A DNA stretch of 64,000 bases from Takakia lepidozioides. Its lineage: Eukaryota; Plantae; Bryophyta. Positions 39,601-51,992 of this stretch are shown piece by piece (position 1 is the stretch's first letter; every line of letters starts with the position of its first letter). Under the pieces are notes generated by a model. It was not told where the DNA came from, ran no database searches, and saw only the letters and a list, made by a program, of their open reading frames with translations. The stretch lies in assembly GCA_030704615.1 (NCBI GenBank), contig CM060732.1, forward strand, positions 31,248,001-31,312,000. The letters run 5' to 3'. Both the position numbers and the translations under genes were made by a program.

Positions 39601-42600
39601 AAATTAACACTCTTCTTAAACGCCCACGTGGCACCAGGCAGGTTTTGGGCTTTTCATATTGTTTTTCTTAAAATATCTTGGGCATTAATTTATTTGGCAT
39701 AGCAAACTCTTTTTTTTGTATGTTTCACAATTATATTGGCTCTATCTTAAAATCATAAATCTTATAACTCTTTTGTCTCTCCATTCAGCACTCAGTTAGC
39801 ATTCGTAGCTGGTAGTGCCGAGAGCATCGTGAAGCCCTAGTTGTTTTTCTTAAAATATCTTGGGCAGCTCTGATCGCACATATATGCCCTTGAGTTATGC
39901 TCATACAGACCAGCCACCTCGTGGCATAGGTTTCGCATCCTGATCTCTCAATTTCTTTTTGGGTGTAAAAATGTGGCGGTAGTGGTAAAGAGTACCTCCC
40001 TTGAAGGTTATTCTTTAGTTGACCCTCTTTGTTCTTTAGTTGTGGTTGTGTTGTGCAGGGACCCACATGCAAGATGCTAGGTGCGTAGACCACGTGCCAC
40101 ATCCTCTATATATTCATCCAAATCAGCTCATGTTTAGTTTGTCAGACTCTAATTTACATCTCAGAGTTTATGACAAGGACAAAGTTTCATGGAAAAAAAA
40201 TTTAAACCCGTCACTGTAAAATGGAAATAATTAGCTGGAAACTGAATTTGCTCTACAACGAGCCCCAAAATAGGTAAGAGTTTCAAGGGTGCAAAATCGA
40301 TAATTTTTGTCTGGGTGTTTCAAAAATTTGGATTTTCCCGAATTTTACACTGATTTTTGGGGCAAAGATTCAGGTTCTAATAAAAAGTCAAACATGAGAT
40401 GCGGGCGTTTAAGCGTTAAGTTAAAGAAAATCCTACTAGCTATAGTATGTTCTGTTTTCATTGATACAAATAGTAAAGCACCACGACAAGAATTGCAAAG
40501 GATTAATGGAGGCCCTTTAAGTATTTGTTTTACAGGTGACATTGTGACAAAGCCACTTTCTATATTGTCTTTCCCTTTCTTCATGGTTGCCAATGAATAC
40601 TAATGAATACTACCTAAACATAAGATTCTTGTTTCAGCGAATAGAACGCGATACATGAAGGAGAGCATGGGTAGCAAACCACACTACATTTGTCAACTTT
40701 TGTGGAATAGCTTTACCAAAACAACAGCATCGGAAGTGGGTTCACACTTCACACATGACACACGCATATGCGTGCCGTCTTGGTGCATAATCTGACTTGC
40801 AAGAGTTCACTACATTGTTGTCGCTTGCCATTTGGCGCCTCCAAAATTCAGGTTCTCCTTGCCGACGACTAGATAGGCAAGATTGGATATATTATCTTAT
40901 ACCACTTTCAAAATTTTCAATCCGGGCAACTCAGTGCACAAGCTGTCAACTTCCGCAAAATGTGACTAGGGATAAGGAAGCTTTTGTCTACAGCACCCTT
41001 GGTTGTAAAAGAGACTGGGTTGACTTGTCTTTTGCTATATTGTTGGCGCAATCAAAGTAAAGACAAAATTTTGTGTGCTTGTTAGCTACGGTGATTGGTT
41101 TATCGTCGAGGGGAAGATAAGCCGATTTCCATCTAGGTAGTCTATGTCTGTAACCTTCGCACAACGGTGCTATACAATTTTAGGATTCAAACGTACCAAG
41201 TTCAGCCAAGTTTCCAATTATCTCAGGTCGGTTGGAAGTTGGGGCAAGGGATGGAAGCCTTTTTGGGGGTCGATTGGGAGAATATATACGGCCGGCCACC
41301 GCAGCCGCAACTGTAGGCACCCCAGGTCTGTCCTATGTTTCCTACTCTGCCTCTGCAAGCTTTTTATTTATTTTACTTTATTTTATTTTTCAAAGGAAAA
41401 GCACTAAAAGAAAGCACTGGGGTTTCTATATCTTTTTGTTTTTTCTTTTCTATATCTGTATATTATTATGCCTGTCGCTCTGCTTCCATAACTATAATGC
41501 CTGCCGGGCCCTGCCTTGTCTGCCTGCCTAGTGGCACCCTTGCCTCAACCCGACGGACCCAACTTGGATGAAGAATGAGTGGCTCGACGACTTACGGGAC
41601 TGACTCATGCTTGGCGAACGAATGAATAGGTGGATGAATATTAGGAGATGAATGTCAGCGTACAAGCACATATTAATTAGCGTGGATGCAGGAATTGATG
41701 GAAAAGCCAGAAATTGACCAGCAATCCACCCCCCTTTTATGACTGCGCGCAGAACACATGCCTTCACTGCGCCCTGTGTTCAAACCGTGATACGCCATTA
41801 TATCATGCTACCCTCAACCACACTCCGCATTTATTTTATTTTCACTGGGCTTTAATTATTGGACTATTTTGGCTTATTGCACTTCACCAGATCATGGTTG
41901 TCCCCTTTCAAACAGAAAAGGAAAACTTAAATAATCTAATAAAGGCCCGGTAAGTTTGAAATATCGACAAAAAATGAAAATAGAAATAGAAATAGAGAAA
42001 CAGGCACAGCGCACATGTGAAGTGGGAAGGTGTTCCAACCACGGTAATTCCGTGCACCAACCCATCGGGCCATGCAGTCAATAGTAATAATAAGAAGGTA
42101 TCAGCTGTATAAATGGAAATGTCTACAAGAGGGAGTAAAAGGTGATAAAAGCGCAGGGGTGTTGCAAATAGGGCGAGGGTGGGGACGTGTGGGGGGGTAA
42201 TTAGTGAGCGAGACCGAATTATCAGGCCTAATACTACATGCCTTGCCTCTGCTCGACTGTGCCCCACGCACGCGCTGTGTCCCTTGTGCATGTCACCGAC
42301 CCCGCCTCGCTTATATCTCTCTGTCTCTCTCGCGCTCTAACTTATTCCTCTACGATCTCTTTCTTTCCCCTTCTCTCCCTCGCTCAATCTGCGCGCAGTG
42401 ATAATCGAAACTGGAAAGCCGCTCGACTAGGATTCGTCTCGTCCTTTTCCTGCTTCTCTGAGGTCGGCAATTAGCCAGTCGTTGCAGGTATAGTGGGGTT
42501 CTTGTTGGCAGGACGTACTTGCATCCTCTGTTTTCTCTCTGCTGCGCAATACAAGTTTGCATCTCTTTTTTGCTGGAGTTTTTCTCTCTCCAGTGTACAC

Positions 42601-43097
42601 CTGTTCAGTCTCCTTCAGTTTACTGGCATACGCATTTTGAAATTACATTTTCTCTCGGATCCTGGAATATCGTCACATTATTTTCCGCGGATGACAGAGG
42701 CTGCGTCCCGTACGTAGCAACTCAGACGATTCGAGTGGTGCCGTGCGTGTCGACACTAGAGCATTCATTCTGATTAGACTCTGTGTGCCCTCCGACCTAG
42801 CAGGTTATCGACTGTGAATAAAGCTGGAGCCAATTACAGGTGTTAGTTGCCTTTATGACATCCGCTTGCACCAGAATTTGACTCACTTCTCGATTGCAGA
42901 TCCCCTCCAATCTTTCCAAACGGAATGCGTTTAACCTTAGCGTTTAGCAGCGATACCAAGGATTGCTTGGGTCAGCTTGTCGAGTAGTTCCCTAAATATT
43001 CCATCAGAGTTATTAACGGATTTCCATTTCAAGCGTGATTGCAAGCAAGCATTGGGACCATTGTTTCTCCTTGAAGAGACTCGAGGGGTGGAAAAAA

Positions 43098-46000
43098 ATG
43101 GCGCATAAGAGGACCTTACGCGAGCAAGAATTGTCGATTCCTCGAACACCGCAGAAATCTCAATTGGAAATGGAGGCAGAGGAAGGAGCAAGGTCACCTT
43201 CAGAACAACAGCTGGATCCGCTACTACCAAAGGCCAAGCGGACACGCAGGGTTGCCCCTAAGGACAAACAGGGAAAGGTTCCAGCCACTCCTGGCCACCG
43301 CAGTTCTATCTACAGAGGAGTAACACGGTGTGTTCTCTCTCTCTCTGTCTTCTAGAAGAATGTCAAATGTTGCGAGCTCAAAGATGAGAATGAGATTATC
43401 TCTCTTGATCGCCAGAATCATTAGCTTGGCGTATCTGAATTGGAGGCAGGAAATGGACATGATTACAGATGCAGCTGTTTGACATGATGGAGATGTCTTC
43501 TCTTTTTTCTTAACATGGATGTGAAGCGTATGGATGAGGATCCAGCAGCGTCCTCTAAAATGCGGCATGTTGTTAGTGCCCTTATGATTCTTAACCGATA
43601 AGTTGTACCTTATATCACTTCAACATTTGTCATCGCTAAAACCTTTGTACCGTATTCCGAGTTAGTCATGTTTTATCGAAGACCGACAGACGATCCCCTC
43701 TTGGAATTTGTCAATTCATACGTCCATGTCCTCAAATCGTTCCGTTTCATAAACTTCATGGTGCCACCGTCAGAATGTAGAACTGAAAACAGGGGTATAC
43801 GACTGTGAGCATGATCCCACCCGGACCACTTGTGATGGCCGCCTGATATATATACCTTGTGAGTGCCTGCAGACACCGCTGGACAGGCAGATATGAAGCG
43901 CATTTGTGGGACAAGACCTGCTGGAACCAGTCTCAAAACAAGAAAGGAAGACAAGGTAGTTTAGTCTAAAGTTAATTCTTCCTGATTTGAGTTCTGCGAA
44001 TTTTCATTTCAGCTATAGGACAGTAGACTGGGAGATCCACAGCTGGCACCTGATTTCATTTTGGAAGATTGGCATTCTTATGTTATGGATGATCCAACAT
44101 ATTTGTACCATGCACGGGATCATATTAAACATGTATTGCACATACAAAGTATGACTGGATGGCTATCTCTTGATGGCTAACTTATCTCCATTCATTTGAA
44201 CTAGTACTTGGCTGTGAATCTGACATTGCTGACCAGTAACTTGGCAACCGCAAGTTTCAGAAAGTTTGTAGAGCATCATGTTCCAGTTTTATTGTTTACC
44301 TTTTTTCTCACGTTGCTTGGATTAGTATGGAGATTCTGATTTTGTGTTTGTCTGTCTATGTTGTTGTGGCATTGATTTTGTGGCGGCCACTCATTTTCAG
44401 TTTATTTAGGTGAGTCTTCTTCTTCCCCTTTGGTTAAATTGCATTCTACCAAACCATTCATATTGTGTTGCAGTTTGTTTGCAGTTGTGACATCTTTGTA
44501 AGCAGGATGGTGACCTGTGTAAATCTCTGACCTTCCAGGAGCATATGATGAAGAAGAAGCTGCAGCTCGGGCTTATGACCTGGCAGCATTGAAATACTGG
44601 GGTCCCGGCACCCTCACCAACTTTCCGGTAAATGTTTTGAAACATGGTGCCACTATCCAAGACAAGGAGTGACAGTGTGTGATGCATAATGCAAATTAGA
44701 GAGTCTGACATGGTTTGTTTTGGTGATGACTCATTTATGTCAAGGAAACAAAGGAGGTAATGCTGACATGTTAGTATGTTCTTTCTCAACAGTTGACTGA
44801 GTATGCCAAGGACACTGAAGAAATGCAAGAAGTTTCTAGAGAGGAATATCTAGCCTCTCTCAGAAGGTATTTGAAGCGACCTTGTTTGTCATTAAATTCG
44901 TCCTGCAACACGAACTTGGGATGTCTAGTGTTTGACCTGCATGACAGAAATAAGCGGAATCACTGTACTCTGGGATGCTGGCAATCTCAACTCAGTAAAG
45001 CCATCAGGATCAAACTAAAAAACCTGTGCTGATTGGTGCAGGAAAAGCAGTGGCTTCTCAAGGGGCGTGTCAAAGTACCGCGGGGTTGCAAGGTAGTATT
45101 GATGAAGTAATTGTGATTGATTTATTTTGTGGTGTATCTTATGTTGCACAATACCAGGAGAGCAATTGTGTTGGGACCAAGCCCTCCTCTGTCTCCTCAC
45201 TGATGTTTATCTGCTGCGTTCTGCTACAGTGTGGTTCTTGTTTCCTCTTCCCCGCCTTCGGTTGCAAGGACTTGGAGCCTAACGTTTTCAAAGTGTTTCT
45301 GCAGACATCATCACAATGGGCGGTGGGAGGCCAGAATTGGTCGAATCTTTGGCAATAAGTACCTCTACCTTGGCACCTACAGTAAGTACTCAACCCAGAT
45401 CGAAGCTCTTCTTAAAATCACCAACGCGGAGGAAACCTAGGAGATTAGTGAACCTAGTCTAAATAGGTCCAACGAATCCACCTGCAGACCACATCACGGT
45501 AGATGGTGGGCGTCTGCAACCGAACTACTCTTTGGATACTCAGCACCTAAGTATTCATCCTACAATGCAGGCCTTGGGTAAGCTAATCGCGACTAGAGTT
45601 TCACACCAGAGATCCTGCGGACTGAGGACCTGCTGGTCACGGAGTGCGAGAGAAATAGGACCCCAGTTCCTACCTCATGAAATTCCCTCATACCTCTCTG
45701 AATTCAACTTTCCAAAAGCCTAACAAATCGATGACCTTTTGTCTGGCAGGCACTCAAGAAGAGGCAGCAGCAGCGTACGATATGGCAGCCATTGAATATA
45801 GGGGATTAAATGCTGTAACAAATTTCGATTTAAGCCGTTACATCAGGTATTTCAGGAATCTTAAAAGTCAAGAAGGCTTAGTTGCAAGTTGAGAACCCTG
45901 GTTTGCTAGTTAACAAGTGGTTTCATTGTCCAGAAACTTATCCTTCACTCGTTGGCTACTTACAGATGGCTGCGACCGGGGCAGAACAACGCTGCTGCCA

Positions 46001-46575
46001 CGGGGGAAGATGGAGTTCCAGCTCCCTTGACTCCTCCCATAGCTTCCGAGACCCTTCAAGAAGCCCCCGTCTCCTCTCCTTGCGTGGAGGAAGAACCCTC
46101 CCAAGAGACATCGCAGCTCCGTTCACTCTGGCCACCACCGCCACCAACGGACGAAACCTTCCCTTTCTCTCTATCGGCGAACGAATCCAAGTCCACCACG
46201 GCCCTCAGTCTCCTCCTACAATCGCCTCTGTTCAAGGAGATGCTTCAGCAGTCCTCATCCACGGAGGGCTTCCCAGAACCCGACGGATCGTTCGGTGCGA
46301 CCGACCTGGACGTAAAATGTGAGGCGGCGTTCCACGAAGACGTGGGCCCTATTTTCGGTGGCTCTGAGGGATCCTCCATCGTTGACGACCACACGGACGA
46401 CGTGTTCCCGACTGGCGGTTTTCCCTTCCTAAACCTTCAGTCTGAATTTCCTTACCCACCGGTTTCTATCTCTACCCAGGAGATTGAACAAGGGTCCACT
46501 CTCTTAATGGACTCCGTTCTTTCCGTCCCTTTTTCGTCTCTAGGTGTGCCATATCCCATCAGCACTTGCTCTTGA
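43098..46575 (+). CDS. WRI1-like: WRINKLED-type double AP2-domain transcription factor, 9 exons
   Basis: Exons: 43098-43327, 43873-43955, 44401-44409 (VYL micro-exon), 44539-44627, 44793-44866, 45042-45092, 45305-45381, 45750-45846, 45966-46575. [41 protein letters not shown]; [40 protein letters not shown] (WRI-type); acidic C-terminus. Confidence 0.93.
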
Positions 46576-48449
46576 GGTCCACGCAACTTTGCGAAGGTGT
46601 GGGTCCCCTGTCGCTTGAAATTTTTCTTGAGCTGATGGAATCAACCAAGGGTTGCGAGTTTTTGATGTCCTGTCACTGCACCTTAGTTGCTGGAGAAGAT
46701 ACGGATGAGCCTTCCTTTTGCAAGGTTATGCTGGGAACAAATTCTAAGTTGCTCAGGAACGACAGCAATTCATTGAGAGGAGGACCAAGTTTTCAGGCGT
46801 CTCCATTCAACGCAATAGAACATGGCAAAATACTAGCTTTGAGCCTGTGACAGTCAGATGATCCCTTGCGAGGTCCGACAGTGATTTGATAGTTAAAGCC
46901 TTCTCGAAGGATCGGAATTCGAAGTTGTAGTTCCGTCGCCTAACAGACAGATTGATTTAATAGTCTAATCCGTCCGAAGTCCGAGAATACCATAGAGGGC
47001 CAAATGTTCACCCCCTGTGAGGGCACCCTCAAGAACAATGCTTCAATTTTTATTGAGAGATAGTTGAATGGGTGGTTGAAATTAAACTATTGGCATTGTG
47101 TGCCACAAGTAGACTAAGAAAGTATTTCAGTCATGGAATGAGTAGCAACACACTGTATCTTCCCTTCTGGCCATCATTATTGAAGCTTGGAAGATTGGAA
47201 AGAAGCAAGCCCAAGGAATGGAGGTGAGACCTGTAGCCTAGTGTGAGCACCCCCTGGTAGACAGCCAAGTTTGATTCTTTGGTGGGAACATAGACAGTCT
47301 GGTGATGCAATGCAGCACTTTTCACACCCAATAATCGTAAATCAACAACTCTTGCTGGTTTCTCTTGTATCACTTTTGATCTCTCCTCACACTTTTGTCG
47401 GTTGCAGGATTGTGGACATGCCTTTTCTGACCAGTCCTCCTCCTCCAAATGCTTATTCCTAGTTAGCATTCTTTGTGCAAATTCTATGATTCACTTGCTA
47501 CTTGGTGACAAAGATTGCAGGCCTGCACAGAAGGAAGGGCCCTTAACATCTATCTAGCCTGTAAGTGAAGCTATAGATGGGATCACGGTTCCTGGTTGTG
47601 CAGAGCGCAAGTCCTTGGAAGGGAGGGTTGTTCATACATGCGAGTGGGCACGTCCAAGGTGGACGGACATTCACAAGTCCTTGAGAGAGCGAGTCGTGAA
47701 CATGGAAGCTGGAACGGTGATGGAATGATTAGTGCAGCTGTAAGTGGGAGCCGTAAACAGTGTGTGGCGCATCATCTTGTTCACTAACTGACGTGGCACA
47801 GTGCACACAAGCGCAGTAATCACTAGACTTTGACCTGACCTGACAGTACATGTGCGGATGTTTAGTGCATGACTCACCTAATCTACGTACGCTCAAGTAC
47901 ACCCTTACTGTCAACACTGCCAGTGCTCCAGTGCTGGAGGCCTTCCTGCAACGGAACACGTTCGCTTCAATGTGCATTGGCCCGGAATCCAACCCGTCTG
48001 AAATCACACTCCTAGTCCCCGGGCTGACGTGCTTAGCTTGGTGTCCATACGTCGTAAAATTCGTCTGCGGATTGCAGATGAACTCATTGCTAAACACAGA
48101 TCTTCCCTTGTCTCGACCTAGCAGACTCCCCCCCTTTCAGATTGTTGTGTCAATGCCCAGTTCAATGCCCAGACTATGCCTTCTAACTCTGTTTGCAGGG
48201 AGATGTCAGGATTCCACTACTAACTTACTGCAGACTGTTTTCTGTAGATGGATCAGGTATTTACTGCTTCGAGGAAAATGACCTATATAAAGCTTAGTAA
48301 TCAACTCCAATAAGACCTGTAAAACTTGCATAATTTTCTCTAGTCCCTACTTTGCTGCCATGAAGCGTGTGTCAGTTCCTATCTCTGTCTTGTTTCTTAG
48401 TACTACGATCAGGTTTCATGGTGATGTGACAGTAGCAATATGGGGGATG

Positions 48450-48568
48450 GAAAATGCACTTGATGCGGACCTTTCTTCGTTGGCTCCGATTCCACTCACC
48501 TCTCCGTCCTCAAACTTGTGGTAATGCCCACACACGAAACACAGATTCTCCATCTCTCGTTTCCGCAT
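48450..48568 (-). pseudogene. IBR5: IBR5-like dual-specificity phosphatase, N-terminal exon fragment (inverted)
   Basis: MRKREMENLCFVCGHYHKFEDGEV..SAF closely resembles the recalled IBR5 N-terminus MRKRERENPC..CGHYHKYEEGEV. Confidence 0.85.
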
Positions 48569-48643
48569 CAAACTCAAACTAACGCTCCAAGTCTTCTTCA
48601 CTGATTTCGTAGCCAGCTAATCCCAGAATGTATAATCATGTAT

Positions 48644-48805
48644 CAATCATACCCTGCTCCACAATCAATGCCACAGATAAGGGACCTCTCGAAGACGACC
48701 AACTCACTAGAAAGAGCGCAAACACCAGTGCGCTCTTTCTAGTGAGTTGGTCGTCTTGGAGAGGTCCCTTATCTGTGGCATTTATTGTGAAGCAGGGTTT
48801 GATTG
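48644..48805. repeat. Near-perfect inverted repeat (77-bp arms, 8-nt loop): MITE or hairpin
   Basis: 48644-48720 pairs with 48729-48805 with about 4 mismatches. Loop AACACCAG. Flanked by TAT on both sides. Confidence 0.95.
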
Positions 48806-48892
48806 TATAATAACGCGTGCAAGTGTGAGCTGATTTGGGTTTTCCTGCACGGATTAGCTGGCTAAGAAATCGTACTGCTATCTCTCTTGTTC

Positions 48893-49287
48893 TTACAAAC
48901 TGTTCCAGCATGTCTGAATCTCTACAAGAACTCATTCACCTGTCACTCGCTCAAAGAAGACAAGACTTTACCATTTGCATAATGGCCAGGGTTTAGTGGT
49001 GAGGGGTCAGACTGTATAGTTATTTGATTTGGGAAGATTTTAATCCTCACACCATACATGCAGGCCGGTGGAATTTGATCATCATATATTTGTTGTGAAG
49101 GAGGCTCTGAACTCTGAACATCTCTCATCTCACTAATGTTACTGCATTTAGAATATTCTCAATCTTTTATTGGCCATGTGACATCCTGCAATCTCTCAGA
49201 ATCCTTCACAAGAAGAATATTCGGGTGCAGAACAGCTGGGTCAGATGAAGCTCGGGTGCTGGTGCACTGCACATCAGACCAAAACAG
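48893..49287 (+). pseudogene. IBR5: IBR5-like phosphatase, downstream exon fragments
   Basis: TVPACLNLYKNSFTCHSLKEDKTLPF (~48899-48976) and EARVLVHCTSDQNR (exon ~49231-49287; CX5R motif, AG/GT borders). Confidence 0.8.
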
Positions 49288-50099
49288 GTCAGGCCCTCTC
49301 ATCGTTTCCACAAGATATAAGATTAGTGTTCTTGTTGGTCACAAGTGTTTGTAGTCTTTACAAGCCTTCAGTGTACAGTATGTAGTTTCCACTGTACTTT
49401 AACCTGATGTGGGATTCCAACCCTCACCTCCACCCGGCCCTTGGGTCTGCTGGGTCTACGGCGGGATAAGGTAGCAGATCCTCGATAAGGTAGGTCTGCC
49501 GCAGCAGACCCTAGCGTGTGGACCCGGGCAACGGTGGGGTGACCCTTTCTATGGACGTGGCGAGGCCCACAGGCCTCAAGCGTGTGCATGATGCTGAGAA
49601 CCTTTCTAAACATGACAAACTAAAAACTACTTATAAGGTGCACGGGTTAAGGTGCAACTACTAGTTGTCTGATACCTGGTCATTGCAGTTCTCCAGGGGA
49701 TGTATGCCCATGTGAGCAGTTAAACCAGATTGACTGTTTAGGCATTCATTTTACCAGAAGCTGAAAAAATTGTCCTAGATCTGGCCATACATTTTCCCAC
49801 TCAATTCATGAGGTGTTGATATTTTGTAGAGTTCCTACTCTGTATTTGTGGTTTTAAGGGGGTCATAAGGGTTTCTTTCAGTTGCCTGAACGTTTTCAGT
49901 ATGTTTCATGGCAAATGTTAGGTTTATGAAGAACTGGATTCTGACCCCTGAGTTGATTGACACCATTGGCTTCATTGCAAAGCTGAAAGAGCTTCATGGG
50001 GTGCACTTACTGACTCTCATTGTCAGTGATGAGGTATAGATGAGTGGTTTAGGAGAATAGGTTTTTGAAATTTTACTGTTGGACATCCTATCCTTTTGT

Positions 50100-50808
50100 G
50101 ATAAGCCTCTTTCAGTAGCCCTGCCTCACATAGAATCCTCACATGCCCCAAAGGGCCAGAGGTGGCATTGTGGACTCCCTACCTCTTTCGGAAGCTGTCG
50201 TCATGGAGGAGGTGCCTGATTTTATCAAGTGTGCTGCAGCTGCTGCTGCTTCCAGTTGACCATCTACCATGCAGGTTTCTTGTAGCTATAGGTCCACAGG
50301 GAATCATACATAATCTTGTGCTTGAAATCCAGCCCCCTTGGATGAATCTGGACTCACACTCCATCCATGCTATCCCTGCCTCTGCACCGATAATGTATGG
50401 AGATCCTCCTCCTGCTGCTAGCAGCTGACAATGACAGCCTACATTTGTTCTCACAAAGACCCTAATCCCTACTTATCACACACTAGTTGCTATGCCGAAT
50501 TGCTCCCAAGACTGCTGGGGAGAGAGAGGATGACAATATCCAAGAAAGCTTTGTGATGCATCTTGTTGTCTGCTTCTCTCTGTTATCTAACAGGCATTCA
50601 CCGTTTTCTCTCAATCGTCCCACCATTGACTGGGGTCTGAAAAATATTCATTCCAAAGCGTGTGAGTTTATCTGTTTTTTGGATAGTTTTCTGTTGCCAC
50701 ATTGGCAGTATCATGTCAAAGCACTCCAAACCAACATAGATCCACCCAACAAGCTAACTTGCAGAAGTCGACGAAATTAGGGAAGACCTCTGATAAGAGA
50801 ACAAACCG
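50100..50808 (-). repeat. Inverted copy of the 15640-16300 segment (PPR 5' region)
   Basis: Reverse complement shares gttgaccatctaccatgcaggtttcttgtagctat, aatcttgtgcttgaaatcc, tgctagcagctgacaatgacagccta and catagatccaccc. ORF 50162-50428(+) mirrors ORF 15964-16221(-). Confidence 0.9.
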
Positions 50809-51992
50809 GGAAGTATGTCGTGTTGGTCATTACGCAATTTGAATGGCATCGGCGCCATGCCACCACATGCATCTCTCCTTCTGTCGTTTCCGAGTACTTA
50901 TCATCTCTCTCCTCCCGTCCCCAAAACAAAAGGAGAGCTATCCCATGTCAAATTTTACCTCTCTGTCGTCGTCTGAGCGACTGATCTCGTACATTTAGAC
51001 GGAGTGTCACCATCTGTTGGCGGGTCTGTAGAGTAAGAGTAAGCATGGACATTGGAAACCAGTGTGTTGAACTGGACACGGAGCACATACAGCACGAGGG
51101 TCGGTAGATTGTAATCTAGAGACTATACTCACCACACCACCCGTTATTTTAACTCGTTGTCAGATTCTGTGTCGGTGACTCGTCTTTGGGAACCTACGTT
51201 TTCTTATCTTTGAATTGAGGAGTAGGTCTCTTGTCTCTTCCACCAAGCTCACACTGTCTCTGTTTTTCAAGGACGTGACCTGGTGGCAGTGTCTGTGTGC
51301 ATTTTCCGAAATTGCGGGAGTTAGGTTCGCTGAAGAGTAGCTGACTATGGCTTCAGGCAATATATGGGAGGTGCTGTCACTTTCTTTCGCCTTACCTCTT
51401 TTGGTTGGTCGTTGGCCATTGGTCGCTCAAGTTTCAGAGAAGGAGATCGTCCTTGGGCAGCTTGCGATCAAAATGATCTTGCTGCTGCTACTGAAATCTT
51501 ACTCTGTCACAGTCCGAACGCCATCCATGGGTTTCCATGCTGCAGTTCTTTCTTCGTTTGTTTCTGTGCAATGTAACGCGAATACATCTGTTTTCTGGTT
51601 CCGGATTGCAGGGTTTAGGGTTTTCGAAACCAAAACCAGCTAGCTCCATATGGGAGGTGCGGAAATTTAGAAGAGGTTTGCGTTACACCGGCATCTACTT
51701 AATCTTCAGTGGGTTGACATTCTTCTATACAAATATCAGGTTTGCTTATCTCACTGTGTCCTTGGTTAAAAACTGCTTTCATCTGTCAGATTTTGATGGC
51801 GTTGCCGGGCAAGCGTCTTACTATACGCATGTGTAGAGAACCAACTCAGAATGTCATGTAATTGCATTGCCGCCATAAACCCTGCCAGACTCGTCCTGTT
51901 CGGGTGACAAATTTCATTATCGATCGCCACAGCTTCCCAGATCCAATGGGTTCAATTTTCGTGATCCATTTACTCTAGCTAGTTGAACTTAC

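Noticed and set aside
47040-47470. Minus-strand LINE 3' fragment
   Set aside because: Only an AATAAA-like end and weak composition cues; insufficient support.
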